64,000 bases of DNA from the human T2T-CHM13v2.0 reference genome, Homo sapiens, in NCBI RefSeq assembly GCF_009914755.1, contig NC_060929.1, one strand, 5' to 3'. Shown piece after piece: positions 26,661-42,134 of the stretch. The position numbers and the translations under genes were made by a program. Every line of letters starts with the position of its first letter. The stretch's first letter is position 1. The notes under the pieces are model-generated. The model was not told the DNA's origin, searched no databases, and worked only from the letters and a program-made list of their open reading frames with translations.

Positions 26661-26699
26661 ATGTAGTATTTTATTTGGTGTAGAATGAGTCTACAATAA

Positions 26700-27990
26700 G
26701 ATCCTTTGTGTTCTCTGGTTTTTAGCAGTTTGACTCTGATGTTCCTGTGTGTGTGTGGGCATGTGTAGGTGTGTGTTTAATCCTCTTCTGCTTGGGGATT
26801 GCTCTCCTTCCTAAATTTGTAACTTTATGCCTTTCTCTAAATTTGAATAATTTTCACCTATTACTTTTTTTCAAATATTTTTTCTGACCAATTTTTTTCT
26901 CTTCTCCTTCTCAGACTCCAGTTACATACATATTAGACCTATTGATATTGTCCACTGTTCCCAGAGGACCTGCCCATTGTTTTTCAATGTCTCTTCTCTC
27001 TGTTCTGCACATTGAATAACTTCTATTGAATGATTTTAAAGCTTACTAACTTTTCTGTTATTTCTATTTTACTGTTAAGGCCAATCAGTAAATTTTTTAT
27101 TTTAGATACTGTAATTTTTAATTCTAGAATTTTTATTTGGTTCTTTTAAGAAAAAATAGTTTTTAGTTCTTTATTGAGCTTTCTTATCTTTTCATTCATT
27201 AGGAATATGTTTTTCTTTATGTCCTTAAGTATAGCTACAATAACCACTTTAAAATCTAGTCTGCCAATTCTATCACCTGTATTATCTTCAAATTGTTCTT
27301 TTTTCTCTTCAGAATGGGTCTTTTTTTTTCTTCAAATGTTGAGCAATTTTGGAATGTATTCTGTCTATTATAAATGATATATTGAAGAGACTCTGTATTC
27401 TGTTATGCTGTTCTAAAGAATATTGTGCAGCTTTTTCTAGGCAGGCAGGTATCTTGGCTGAATTCAAATTGCAAATTCTGTATGCCCTGAAGTAGGCAGC
27501 AGCTCAAATCCAAGTTGTTTTCTTAGCCTCAGCTGAGAGGCCTGAGCTCTGTCCCACAAATGTGAGACATAGGGTTCAACCAGAAATTTCTAGGCAACAT
27601 TTGGGTGTCCTCTCTTTCTCCCTCTCTCTCTCTCTCTTTCTCTCTCTCTGATTATCTCCTTCATGGAATTTCCCTCTTATTTTCAAGAAGCTGTGGCCAC
27701 CTTGAACTCTGACATTTGGTTCTGCAAGCCAGGAAAACTGTGGGTTTCTATCTGAGTTTCAGTGACCCCCCATGTCGCACCAGCTATAGCCTGCTCTCAG
27801 GATAAAAGCTACAAAAAAGAAAAACATAAAACTTAACTCGTGGTATTTCCTTCTTCAAGTATAGACTCTTCTGTAATATCTGCCTGTTTTTATTTGCCCT
27901 CAGATATTTTTCTATTTTTCTGAAGTTTTAAATTATTATCTGCAGAAAAGTTGGGTAGGTAGGGGTTTATTACTATAAAAGGGAGTATAA
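26700..27990 (-). mobile_element. Old L1M 5'/ORF1-region fragment
   Basis: T-rich antisense L1M motifs (agcagtttgactctgatg, gactccagttacatacatattagacc). Confidence 0.75.
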
Positions 27991-28089
27991 CTTTTATTCT
28001 TTTGCTTCTTGGACAAATAACTATTCAAATATTTTCTAAGACTTAGTCAATTTTGCTCTTTAGCAAATAGTTTCTGTCTCAGTTTTCTA

Positions 28090-28514
28090 TTTATTTTCTC
28101 ATGGTTCTATGGGTCAGCAGTTGGGGCTGGGATTGATGGGCAGCTCTTCTGCTGGTCTTGTTTATTGTTACCTAGGTGGTTGCATTCTTCCAGTGGCTTG
28201 ACTGGGATTATATGGTCGAAGACATTCTCACTCACTGGCAATCGATGCAAGAAGTTGGCTGGGCCTCTCTTCTCATGTCGTCTCTCATTCTCAAGAAGGC
28301 TATCCCAGACTTTTTCACATAAATATCTCAGGGTTCTAGGAGGGTAAGAGTGGATGCTACATAGGCTCTTGAAGCCTGCAATTAAAACATACAGTGTCAT
28401 TTCCACCACAAAGCAGGTCATAAGGCTATCCAGATATAAGAGAATGAAGATTAGACTGTATTTGTGCATATATAGATAGGAGGAATTTGTGGTCATTTCT
28501 TACAATCCAGCACA
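28090..28514 (-). mobile_element. MLT1H-type MaLR LTR
   Basis: tctcatggttctatgggtcag...gggcagctcttctgctgg...caatccagcaca. Confidence 0.75.
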
Positions 28515-29159
28515 TTAATATAAAAAATGCTATTATGCAACAATAATGGTAACAATCTTATTAAAATTTAACCCCCTTTGTGATCTATCACCATACTCAC
28601 TGTGAGGCATCCAGATGAAGAAGAGTTGGATGCTTTTCTTCATGCTGTTTTATACCTAGGGAAAATGAGGAATTGAGATGTTAAGTAGATTTACCAAGAT
28701 TGCAGAGGCAGTGATAGATAGAGCCAGGATATATAATGTTTAGTATATAAGTATGTATGATGGAGAAAAGCGAAAAACAAGAAGAGATTAAGAAATGCAG
28801 GAATAGGGTGGGGGAGTTTGCAATTTTAAATAGGATATATAGGAAAGTCTTCATTGAGAAGATGAGGATAGAGAAAAGACCTGAAAGAGGCCAGGGAAGG
28901 GGAATACACTTTCATTCAGTGGGATGAATAAGAACACTTGGTGGGATATGATATTATGTATGTATGTTATATATAGATCACTGAATCTTCCATTATATTT
29001 TTATGAGTTGGTAAAGCACACATTTATCATACTGAATATCAAACACCTGAAGTAGTCACGACTTAAAATTATATTATAAACAATTTCATATCATACCGGA
29101 TTGGGTCTTTAAAGGGACTTGATAAATGCTACATAACAATTTTGGTTCTGTAGGATATG

Positions 29160-29160
<1 letters not shown>

Positions 29161-29200
<40 letters not shown>
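29161..29200. repeat. (TA)20 microsatellite
   Basis: Seen directly. Confidence 0.97.
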
Positions 29201-29203
<3 letters not shown>

Positions 29204-29304
29204 TTGGTATATATAAAGTGCTTTATAGTGACTAACAATTTCATAAACATAAAGTAGAAATAGAAAGCTATGAAAGATATTTTTCCTGCTGATAAATACA
29301 TAAA

Positions 29305-31000
29305 CTGAAACTTCTACTCACAATAATTGATGATTAGAAAATTTGGACCAATCCTCCCACTAAGGAAACATAAAGAACTGAATGAAATATAAAAAAAACT
29401 TCTTAAAAGAATCAAAGTATTAACAATATATTGAGGAATTACAAAAAGAAAATCAAGAAGAGGAGAACCTAGAGAGTAAAACCAACATCTGAATCTGATT
29501 TTGCTCTAAGAACATTTGCTAAGCCTAAAGAAATTCATTTTTGGTAAATTCCTGGGGCCAGGAGGCAAAAGGCAAGACCTGTAATCCACCAGAAGTCAGG
29601 ATTTTAATAAATCATGACCATTTTAAATTGGGATCCCAAAGGATCCAGGTAAGGTAAATCATGAGTAAGCTAATCCCTGCAAAGAATTTTGATTTGGCTT
29701 TATGTCATTCGGGTGGTCCAGGAAACTGCAAGCCTTGAACTTGGTTTAAGATAGACCCAGACTGGTAGCACCTCAAGTGTCTGGCAGAGACAGAGGAAAA
29801 TCCTCTTTGGAAGAAGATGATGTTACGCTAGGCCTCAAATTATTGTGAAAATTAGTACAAATAATCTTTAAAACACAATGTCCAACACATTGTCAAAAAC
29901 AACCAGTCATACATGGAAACAGAGTTCACTGAACAACACCAGCAGAAACAACAGACAACACAAATAGACCCATAATGACTGGAAATAATGTCTGTTGGAA
30001 TTATTAGTCACAAACTATAAAATAACTCTGCTGTGTTTGAAGAAGAAAACAGACAGAATAAACTAAAGGCAATGTTTTAAGATATGATAGCCAAGAATAT
30101 TAAGGACTAATAGAAGACATCAATCAATAGATTCAAGAAGCCTAATAGAGCTTACACAATATAAATTTAAAGAACAGCACTGCCAGAAACATTATAGTGA
30201 AACCATAGGAAACCAAAGAAACTGAACTGTAAGCACACCATATACTAAAAGCAGCCATAAAGAAAAGGACATATTATCTTTAAAGAAATAAAATTAAATC
30301 GACAGCTGACTTTTAAAAGTTAATAATTGAAGTCAGAAGACAGTAAAATAGTATTGTCAACATGTTCACAGAAAATAATTGCTCACTTAGATTTCTATTC
30401 CCAGGAGATATTCTATTTATTAATATATTGTTATATTATATATCCATTTATATTATATATGGTAAAGATAAATACTTTTTTCTAAAAAACTGAGAGTTTG
30501 GAAAATTTTAAAGGATTATTTAAGGGATAAGTAAAATGATCCAGATGGAAAATCTGAGATTCAGGAAGTGAAGACCAAAAAACAATAAAAATATATTATA
30601 GAATTTTAAAATTACATAGGATTTTAAATTGTGACAAGCGCCAATTAATTGGGATGTAGATAGATGGGATTGAAGTGTTCTAAGCTTTCTGAATTGTATA
30701 GGCCAATGATAGAGATTAACATTTATATTATATTTGGATAAGTTAACAATGAAAGGTTAAAAATAAAATAATAAATAGAAAACAATAATAATTTTTAGGC
30801 CAGCCACTAAAAGAATAGTTATTGCAAATCTTCCAAAATAGTAAAGGGGAAGACTAATGATTAAAATATCTTAGTTGATCCCAAAGAAGTCAAGAGATGA
30901 GAAAAAGAATCATAGAAGAGGTAGAACATATCAATCATGAAATAAGATGCTAGATTAAAACCCAAATTTATCAGTGATTCCATTAAATGTAAATGAGCTA
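29305..31000 (+). mobile_element. Old L1M 5'/ORF1 fragment ending near the ORF2 start
   Basis: A-rich; aagacatcaatcaatagattcaagaagcc; ends with cattaaatgtaaatgagcta, an LNVN-like ORF2 start. Confidence 0.75.
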
Positions 31001-31789
31001 GCCTTACTATTCCTAATAAATATTTCCTAATAAATGTGCATTAAAGGGCTGTGGGGAATATTGGAGAATGCCCTGAGCTGAGGATAGGAGGCCTGAATTC
31101 TAGTCCTGCTTTAGTCATCAGCTAACCATGGAATTCTGAGCAGTTCTCTGGACTTCAGCTCACACAGGAAATTAGGACATTAGGTTGGATAATGGATGAA
31201 CTTCATTTAGTCCTTTTAGACTTAGAGATTATTCTCATGACCTCTTTGCTTAGGTTCCAGGTCTTAAGACAGCCTCTTGTTGAAGGAAGGGACGCCCTCT
31301 GCTGAGATAAAACTGAATTCTCTTAAGCTTCATTTATCTCACTTGGCAAGATATCTTAAGTGACATATGGAAATGTTACACATTAGAGGTGGCAAAGGTG
31401 TGATAAATACTTTTTTAAAATGACTATTCATATTGATGCCAGAATCTCCAATATTGATTAACTTGGATTCGCAACTGAAAAATCTTATTCACTGGTCTCT
31501 AAAGACAGGTTTGCAGAACTTCCAAAGTTATTTATATTCATCCTCCCCCATAAGCAATCTAGATTGATCAACATTTAGTATACATAATGGCACTGGTACT
31601 CTCACTTGGTCCATATATAAGCTGGTCATGGGTCACAAACAGAACTTGAGTTATCCTGAAGGAAAAGTGGGAATTCACACCGTGAAGAGGTTGACTGTTA
31701 TACTACCGTTCTTTCACTGGTGTTTAGTGTATTGTGACACAATACAGTTTGTATGTTGCCAACTAACAATTTTTTAAAAGACTCCTGCC

Positions 31790-32290
31790 CTCTAAATTAC
31801 AAACTAAATAGAATTACAAGTTAAATAGAATAATAAGTTAAATCAAATAATAGTGCAATTAATAATAATGCAGTTAATAATTCTGCAAAGAATAAGAAAA
31901 TGGCAAAGCAGACATTTTTCCTACTCCTTCAATCATATTACAAAGTAAAAATAATGATAATTGAATCAGATCCACAAAGAAGCCTACACAGAGGCCAAAG
32001 TGTATTGAACTCCACCAAGAAGTTTATTTGAAGTATAGATTTAACCCATCAATTAATGGAAACCCCAACTAATACCAGCTCATGAAGAAGAGCCATTGCA
32101 ATTGGCAGAAAACTTTAACGTATGGTTTATTACATGTTTTCTATCTTTTGAAAAGTTCTTTTGGGTATGTTTCATAATAAACTAATATGATAGCTTATAT
32201 GTATAATTTATAAACAAACACAGATACACATTTTGGGGATGTATGCTCAAATTTGAGGAAGGGGTACATAAAGAAATCTGGAGACTCCAG
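31790..32290. mobile_element. Probable hAT-Charlie DNA transposon fragment
   Basis: tatttgaagtatagattt (YLKYxF-like) and a Charlie-like terminus ggggtacat...tggagactccag. Confidence 0.45.
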
Positions 32291-32731
32291 ACTTAGTTTA
32301 AAAAGCAGAGCTCTTGGGTGGACCTTCAGAGTGACATGAATTGTAGGGCTACAGGGGAACTGAGAGGCCTCAGGTCATTGGACAGGAGCGGCTGGGCACT
32401 GTGATGTGCTGACTGTGAAGTCAGACAAAGACTCCAGGTTGTCTGTGCTCTATCATTATAGGACCTTGGGCAGATGACATATCCTCTCTGTGTTTTTAAA
32501 AATACAGCCCTTAGACAATCTGCATCAGCACTGAGGCATTGACTAAAAATTTAAATTACTACCCTGTGGTCTGATCGTCACTGACCCTCTTCTTGGGCCA
32601 GAAAAGGGTATTTCACATTACTGAGCATTTTCTTTGTGTCAAGCCCTTTCTCATATTATTATTTTGTTTGATACACATAACAAATATTCCCATTTGTGAA
32701 ATATTCCCATTTTATAGATTAGGACAGTGAG

Positions 32732-33985
<1,254 letters not shown>

Positions 33986-34289
33986 TGAAGGTGGATAGTG
34001 TTCTCCAATCTAGACTTATCCATAATAAAGCTGATATTTGTATCTTCATTCTCTATCTTTTGTGGCTATTTCTCAGCTGGTTCCAAACTCAGAGTTGGGG
34101 GGAGATATGACTGATTATCAACTCTAACCCCAGCACATCGTAGCATTACCTGCTCTTCTCCACAGGGCACCTTCCCACCCATTGTTCATTTGAGCCTCGA
34201 AATAATTTCATAAAATCAAGACAACTTTTTAATTGTTTAATATCCATTTTAATTTTAGACCACTCTATCTAAATGTGAATTTTATTTTT

Positions 34290-35450
34290 ATTTATTTTTG
34301 TCCTCCTAAGCATTCAGGATGATTTTTCAGTCTGAGGATTTTTATATTTTTTCAATTAAATTTTTTTTCTGTTATTATATTTTTAGGTAGTTTTTCTGCC
34401 CAATTTTTATTATTCATTCCTTCTGGAACTCCCATTGGATGTGTGGTCTGTGTTTCTCTGTCTATTTTTCTTTTACCTGAACTCTTTTATTCTATCTCCT
34501 CTTTCTAGGCTAGGTCTAGGCTAAGTTCTGTATGACCCCTCTCAGCGCAATCTTCCAATTCTTTTACTCTGCCTTCAAGTCTGCCCAGTCTCTTGTTTAT
34601 GCTAAGTATTAAGGCTTACTTTTTGAGTGTGTTTTTTCCTAATTCAGGGAATAAAATTTAATTTTCAACAAGCTTATTTTATATCTTCTTGTTCTTGCCA
34701 TATAACCTCCCATTTAATATCGAAAGAATGCTATTAATACATCCTTAATCTCTTTAAGAATTCTAAGCATGTTAAGTTTAAAGTTATTTGAAATTTATAT
34801 GTCATTCCAGTTTCTTTGGGTATGAATTCTCACTCGTCGAATCTCATAATGGATTCGTGTTGCAATAATTTTTTGTGTGTGCTTTGTAGATTTTATTTGA
34901 GATTTCATCTTGCATGAAACTTTCCTGAATGCCTGTTCCTTCCCATGGTTGCCTTAGCCTGGCCTTCTAGACCTCACACTTCCAGGATAGTCTTACATGA
35001 AAGTTCCAATCATTCAGCTCAAGCAGGTAATGCATTACACCTGTGCCCTGTGCTAGCCTGGTTCTCTTTATTACATGGGCTCCTCTCTACACAAGTAGAA
35101 TGTTTCTAGCCATAGCTATGTGGTCAAGCAGAAAAATTTCAGTCCCAGTTCCCTGGATGGAGGTGCTGTCCAGCCCCCTGCTTAATTCAAGGAACTTGGT
35201 CTCTCATAATAAATAGAGTTCTCTTGACCCTCATTTCCAAAGGAACTTTGACAGCACCTACTCCCTATGAGCCCCATAACTTCAACTTTCCAAACACTTG
35301 CTATTTTTTTATTTTTAAAAGAGATGTTCCCTTTTTCTCTAAGACATGTATTTTAAAAATATGTTATATTCCATTTCTATCACCATGCGTTATATGTTTG
35401 TATTAGAGAATAAGTGAAGAATTCATGTGATTATTTTGCCATATGGACTC
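34290..35450 (-). mobile_element. Old L1M/HAL1-like fragments
   Basis: T-rich antisense ORF1-like sequence (ttccttctggaactcccatt). Confidence 0.6.
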
Positions 35451-35819
35451 ATAATCTTTGGACATTCATGTTAAAGGTTAACCAGCAGAAGCACAGAAAG
35501 GTTAGCTGAGCTTTACAGGTGCCACAACAAATTAGTAGTCAAGGTGTTAGTAAAGCCAACTCTCTAGATTGTGGTATTTGGATACAGTGTTCTTTCCATT
35601 CTGCCACATGGAACTATGGGATTTTATTTGCTTTATTTGTCTATTTATATAAAGTTATTTGTTTGTTAAGCTACAATAGCCTGTGAATACAAACACAATA
35701 ACATCTCTTTTGTGTTTCAAACTAAATAAGCCCTGTCTCAGTAGCAGAATATGTAGTAGTCCTTGTGAGACCTGTGATGTTTCACTAAATTGTCCAAGAA
35801 CATCAAGGGTTATTTGGTC

Positions 35820-36280
35820 CAAAATGTTCGTTCCTCCTATCATGGCCTTGGTTCTTTCCTCCCCAACAGACTTCTTACTCTAGATTACTCCAAGCCATTC
35901 AGGATCCGACGACTTTGCCAGTGAGTGGTTCAGCAAAACTATGTGACCCAATTATGGCTAATTAGACATCTAGAAAGATGTCTCCACTTCTAATAAGGGA
36001 GATAAGAAAAGGCAACACCACCCCCCCGCCACCTAGTTTTCTCTGGACATTAGATGGACGCTTGGGACTTCCATAGATACACATTGACCTCGCATGAGCC
36101 AGATGACAGCAAAGTGGGAAAGTGAGAAGCACTGGGTCTAATGATGCCAGCAAGCCATGGTGTTCGAAACACTGGTGCTCCCCAGCCTCGAACTGCTCTG
36201 AGATAATGTGTTTCTTTATTATTAATACCACTTTGAGTTGGGGTTGTTATTCCTTGAAACTAAGACATCCTAATGACACT
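35820..36280 (+). mobile_element. MLT1J/K-type LTR
   Basis: atgtgacccaattatggc...ccactttgagttggggttg...catcctaatgaca. Confidence 0.65.
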
Positions 36281-36326
36281 ACCTGTTTCCAAATGGCTCC
36301 AGCAGTGACAATGGGATCTTCTAGAC

Positions 36327-36638
36327 CAGCACTGTCCAACAGGAATGCAATGCAAGCCGCAAATATGCACCACATATGTGATTTTTAATTATTTTTAATA
36401 ACCCCATTAAGATGAAATTAAATCTAATAATATACCATATTTAACCCAATATATGCAAAATACTATTTTGGCAGGTAATCAACATAAAAATTGAGAAATT
36501 TTATAATCCTGTTTTACAGTAAGTCCTCAAAATCTAATGTGCATTTTACACTTAGAGCACATGTCTCCATTCAGAATAGCCACATTTTAGGGGCTCAAAA
36601 GCCATGTGTGGCTAGTGGCTGCCCATCTAGACAGTGCC
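36327..36638. mobile_element. MER33 (hAT-Charlie)
   Basis: cagcactgtccaacag...tttaacccaatatat...gtggctagtggct...gacagtgc. Confidence 0.88.
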
Positions 36639-37850
36639 CCAGCATGCGTGTTTGGGACTGCAGCTGCCCCTTCTCACTGCTGCATTCAGGGTTGTTAATG
36701 GACTGGGTGAGGCCCCCTGTTGGAGTTCCCAAGATAAGCATTTTGGCTCACACTCACCTTGTCCCTTTATTCCTGGGGAGTTGGGGATGTGTTCTGGTCT
36801 CAGACACATGATGAGCTGAACCAGCACTCCAAACGGGAACATCCAAGACTGCTAGTGAGCCCTGGTCAGGGGCCACAGCCCCTTCCCCACCTTCCCTTGC
36901 TGTGGGTTATCCTGATAGGGCCCTCAAGGCCTTGTCCTGCTGATATACTTCAGTCAAAACCATATTCAACTTCAAAAGAGGAGAGATCTTATCTCTCTCA
37001 TTTCAGAAGCGTTCTTTACCTCCATCTCTATAAAATGTTTAAGTCTCTATGGGCCAATTCTGCATAAAAAGAGGTACTGCAACAAAAAGTAAAGTTTTTT
37101 TTTAAGTCATAAATGTCATTTAAACTTCCAGAGTATTAAGTGCCTGCTCACCTTATGTTTGTATAAGTAAGAGGGGATACTTAGATTACAGGCAGGTAAA
37201 GAAGTCAGGAGCAAGTTTTGAAAGGAAACTTTTCTAGCTCAAGTTTCATCTAACCAGCTAACAAAACAAAACAATTTTTTTCCTTTGAGTTAAGGACTTG
37301 CAAGAGTGAATAAAAACACACAGTGGGTACCTAGTGAAGTGTAGCTTTATTATTTTTATAATAGCCAAATAACTATTGCTGGCTGCTTCTGGCAGAGTGA
37401 TCTTGGTAGCAGCAGACAGCACACGTACATCTGTCTTAACGAAATGGCATCATGTGGCAGGCACAGAAGCGATGGCAGGAGAAGATGAAGGGCCTGCTGG
37501 AGGAGTGAACACATCCCACATTTCTTTATCCATGATTAGAATCAGGACCGGCACTTGGTACTCAGTAAGCGCCAAGATTTTCTTGGACAAATTCAAGGTC
37601 AGAATGAGGGGGATTCCTAGAGAGGGAGGCGGGTTTTCTACGATTAGCATGTGGGGGGCACAGGGAGGAGACTCAAATGATTATTTCAAACACTAAAATG
37701 GAGTTTTAACTTTGTATGTACACATACCAATTACAGTAGATAAAAAAATACCATTTATGAACGGTCTGGCTTTATTGACATTAGTTTTTAACTGCAACTA
37801 CCTTTCTGGCTCTCTTTTCTAGATGGAATGTGTGAAATAGTGATGGACTA

Positions 37851-38207
37851 TGTCTTAGTCTATTCTGTGCTTCTATTGCAGAATACCACAGACTGGGTAA
37901 TTTATAATAAACAGAAATTGATTGGCTCACAGTTCTGGAGGCAGGGAAGTCAAAGATCAAGGGGCTGGCGTCCAGTGAGGACCTTCTTCCTGTGTCATCC
38001 CATGGCAGAAGAGTAAAGAGAGGATGAGAGAGCACAAAGGATCAAACTTACTGTCTCAAGCCCTTTTATAATCAACATTAATCCATTCATGAGGGTGGAG
38101 TGCCCATGACCTAAACACCTTCCATGAGGCCCTGCCTCCTAGCGCTATTGCATTGAGGATTAAGTTCCCAACACATGCATTTTAGGGGACACATTCAAAC
38201 CATAGCA
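37851..38207 (-). mobile_element. MST/MLT1A-type solo LTR
   Basis: tgtcttagtc...cattcaaaccatagca with a perfect 5-bp TSD gacta. Confidence 0.92.
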
Positions 38208-38215
38208 GACTACGA

Positions 38216-38393
38216 CAATGGTTCTCAAATTTTTCTGTATATTGGAATCACCTGAGAGCTTTTTAAAATCCCATCGCCCAGGCTGTGTCCCAAACCAATT
38301 AAACCAGAATCTCTGGAGGAAGCACCCTGGCATCAGCATTTTCTCAAACTCCCTAAATGATTGCTATATGAAGTCAGGTTTGAGAACAAGTTG
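38216..38393. mobile_element. MER5-family MITE
   Basis: caatggttctcaaa...gaatcacctg...tttgagaacaagttg terminal inverted repeats. Confidence 0.85.
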
Positions 38394-38877
38394 ACTATGA
38401 TCCGTGTTGTCAATTATTAACAAATATTTTAAAACATATTAATATCCAAATAGGTTTACTAAAAATATTGAGGTGAAGTTGATATAATTGGCTATCTGCT
38501 CAACAATTTCTTCTCCCTTCCTCTTTTCCAATAGAGTCCCAAGTTTCTTCAGACTCCTCTGAGTGGCCATGTGTTTGAAGAGTGAATTATGATTGGCCTT
38601 TCCTTTGTGTTGGGAGTGGAAGGATTAGGGATAACACGTGAGGAAGGGAGGCCATCCCTCTGTGTACTTTCTGAGGCCGGACAATATTCTGGTAGCAGAG
38701 GCAGATGGAGAGGGTTGGGAGAGGAAAGTGTTACATTGTTCAGTGTGGGTGGAATGATGCCAAGAGGGCATACTGAGTGGGTTATTTCCAGTCTAATGAC
38801 ATTTTACGCAAGACCAGTTGTAAAGTTGCATGCAGGTTTCCAAGAAGAAAATGCATTCCCAAAGACCGGCTCTGTTA

Positions 38878-38880
<3 letters not shown>

Positions 38881-38916
<36 letters not shown>
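38881..38916. repeat. (CT)n microsatellite
   Basis: Seen directly. Confidence 0.95.
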
Positions 38917-38921
<5 letters not shown>

Positions 38922-39318
38922 TTTTTCCTTCTCTAATATCCAATATGTCTTTGAGCAGAACTATTTTGAATTCCTGCCACTTGAAGTGGGTTTGGATGCC
39001 TCTGCCACCAGGGTGAACTAATGACCAGGCAGTGAAACTCTCTATGCCTAGAGAGGCAGGTTTTCTGGGAAGCTGAGCAGCCACTAGAGAGTCCAGGCCA
39101 ACATATAGAAGAGGCAGTTTCTGGGTCTGCTTTTGCCTCCAGGGAAATAGTTCTGAAGGACTTCTGCCCTGGAAGCCTGGTTCTGCTTGCCCAGCCCTAG
39201 CCTGTGGGAAGATTCTGTCACCATTCTCCTGCGTGTAGGCAAGGAGCCCTGGCAAATGGCCTCTGAGAGGAAATTAACTTGTTTAGATGTAAGACACTCT
39301 TTAAAAAATGACACAAAA

Positions 39319-39656
<338 letters not shown>

Positions 39657-40079
39657 TCACACTTACACACGAATTTTCATAAGTTGTCATATGATTTGCA
39701 AGAAAGCCTAAATTATGTCTCCACTCAGGTCTTCTCTCAATTGTGGTCGGAACTGGACATTCCCACGAGGACAGTTTCCACTTCCAGTAATGGCTGAGGA
39801 GGTCCTATTGCAAATAATAATGAGAAACTCTGGACCAAGTATTTTAGAACCACCACCTGAAAGTATTGGAGAGTAAGTAAGAGCAGGTAGGTACTAGAAA
39901 GGGTTTGAAATCTAGAAGAGACCAGTGACATTAGATGAGTTTCCTATTTTTTTCTTTTGTATTGTTTCACAGCTTTTAGCCTAAAGGCAGACCTGGTCCA
40001 CACTCTGCAGGACATAGAAACCCATAATCTTATTGCTTAAAGAATTAGGAGACAGAGATCAAGACAATCATACCAGCTA

Positions 40080-40433
<354 letters not shown>

Positions 40434-40609
40434 TCAGAGAGGAAGAGTCCCCAAATCTGCTTATAAACCACTCACATTTCTGGCTGACTCTTGAATCATC
40501 ATGTGTGGGGCAGACTCCAAGCAACCCAATTAAGGCTAAGCACTGAAATTATATTTAAGACTTTGGTTCTGCTTGCTTTAAAAACATCAATATTCTTTGA
40601 ATGAACATG

Positions 40610-40673
40610 TTAAATTGATGCAAAAGTAATTTAAAGTAATGGCAAAACTGCAATTATGTTTGCACCAACCTAA
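40610..40673. mobile_element. MADE1 (Hsmar1-derived MITE), internally deleted
   Basis: ttaaattgatgcaaaagtaatt...aatggcaaaactgcaattatgtttgcaccaacctaa followed by TA. Confidence 0.88.
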
Positions 40674-41590
40674 TAACAGAATAGAGAATATCCTTAGTGT
40701 ATTGCTCACAATGTCAAGGATACAATAAAAAATTGCTAGACATACAAAAAAAGAAAAGAAAAATGTGACTCATATTCAAGAGAAAAAGGCAATCAAGGGA
40801 GACCAACCCTGAAATAACACAGATGAATTTAGCAGGCAGGTACTTTAAAGCAGCTACTATAACTGTACTCAAAGACTTAATGGAAAAGATGTTCCCAAAA
40901 GGAGAAGCAACCAACTTTAGTAGTCCTATATGTACTAAACATTTATAGACTGGAAAATGAAGATGTTCAAAGTATACAAGAATTATAGGAAACTTCACAA
41001 TTCCTATTTATAATCCTATTTGACCTGTTTTTACTTGTATTGAAAAATTTCATTCAAATCAAGGCAAGACAATTTGATCAGCTGATTTGATAAATCCATT
41101 TTGAGGGAGACATCAAAATATAAAACAACTGAACTGCATCAAATACAAAAAGGTATTTTTATTGATCAAGTATGTGCAACACATAGCACTGTTCTTCACC
41201 ATATTCTTCACCTCATCCTTTCTAAAGAGGAGGAAGGGGAGGAAGGGATGTTGATCATTATTCAAGCATTCAACTCAGTCTGCTTAACTGAGCTGGGATC
41301 TAGCTTTGGCTTTAGCTAGAATTTCCCAAATAAGGATTCTACAGGATGTTCCTGTGTAGGAAGCAAATAAAGAAGCCACAAAGAAAGGATTAGATTATCA
41401 AATACTTTTGAGAAATACTGAGTTAAATGGAATTTTTTTTTCCTGTAGGGGCTTTCAGAGCCTTCAACATGGGAATGTGCATTTTGAGTCACCCAGGGTG
41501 GCAGGTCAGGTGGCACAAAGCCTGGCAATCACATGTAGAGTAGGGGGTCAAGGCAGGGCAAGGACTCTGAAGTTCCCCAAGAAGGGGATG

Positions 41591-42030
41591 CTCATTTATT
41601 CGATCAGCAAATATTAACTGAGCATCTACTCTGTTCTAACCTAGGCACTTATAAATATGTGGTAGATAAAACTGCTCTCACTGAACTTACTGTTTAGCTA
41701 GAGAGATAGTCAAAATCAAGTAAATAAACAAATAATAACAAAATTCCAAGTAGTAATGAGTGCTACAAAGGAAAGAAACAATAGAGTACAATGGGGTGGG
41801 GGTGGGAGCTACCTAGATAGAATGGTTAAAAAAGGCCTCGCAGGAAGTGATACACAACCTGAGAGCTGATCAACAAGATAGAGGTGGCCTGTGAGGGGAT
41901 ACAGGAAGAGTGTCCCGGGCCGAGAAAGAAACTTGCATGGAGGCCATAAGGCAGGAACGATTTTGTGTGCTTAAGCCTCTGAGAGGGAGCAGGTGTCTGG
42001 AGCATAGATGGTCATCCAGAAGATGGTTAA
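41591..42030 (-). mobile_element. L2
   Basis: catttattcgatcagcaaatattaactgagcatctac... Confidence 0.8.
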
Positions 42031-42134
42031 AAGAAAGAAAATGACCATTACAGCAAGCAATAAAATGAGAGCTGAGGCTACTTACAGTATTTCCTCCTTA
42101 CTTCTCACTTACAGTGTGAAGAAATACACTGCGT

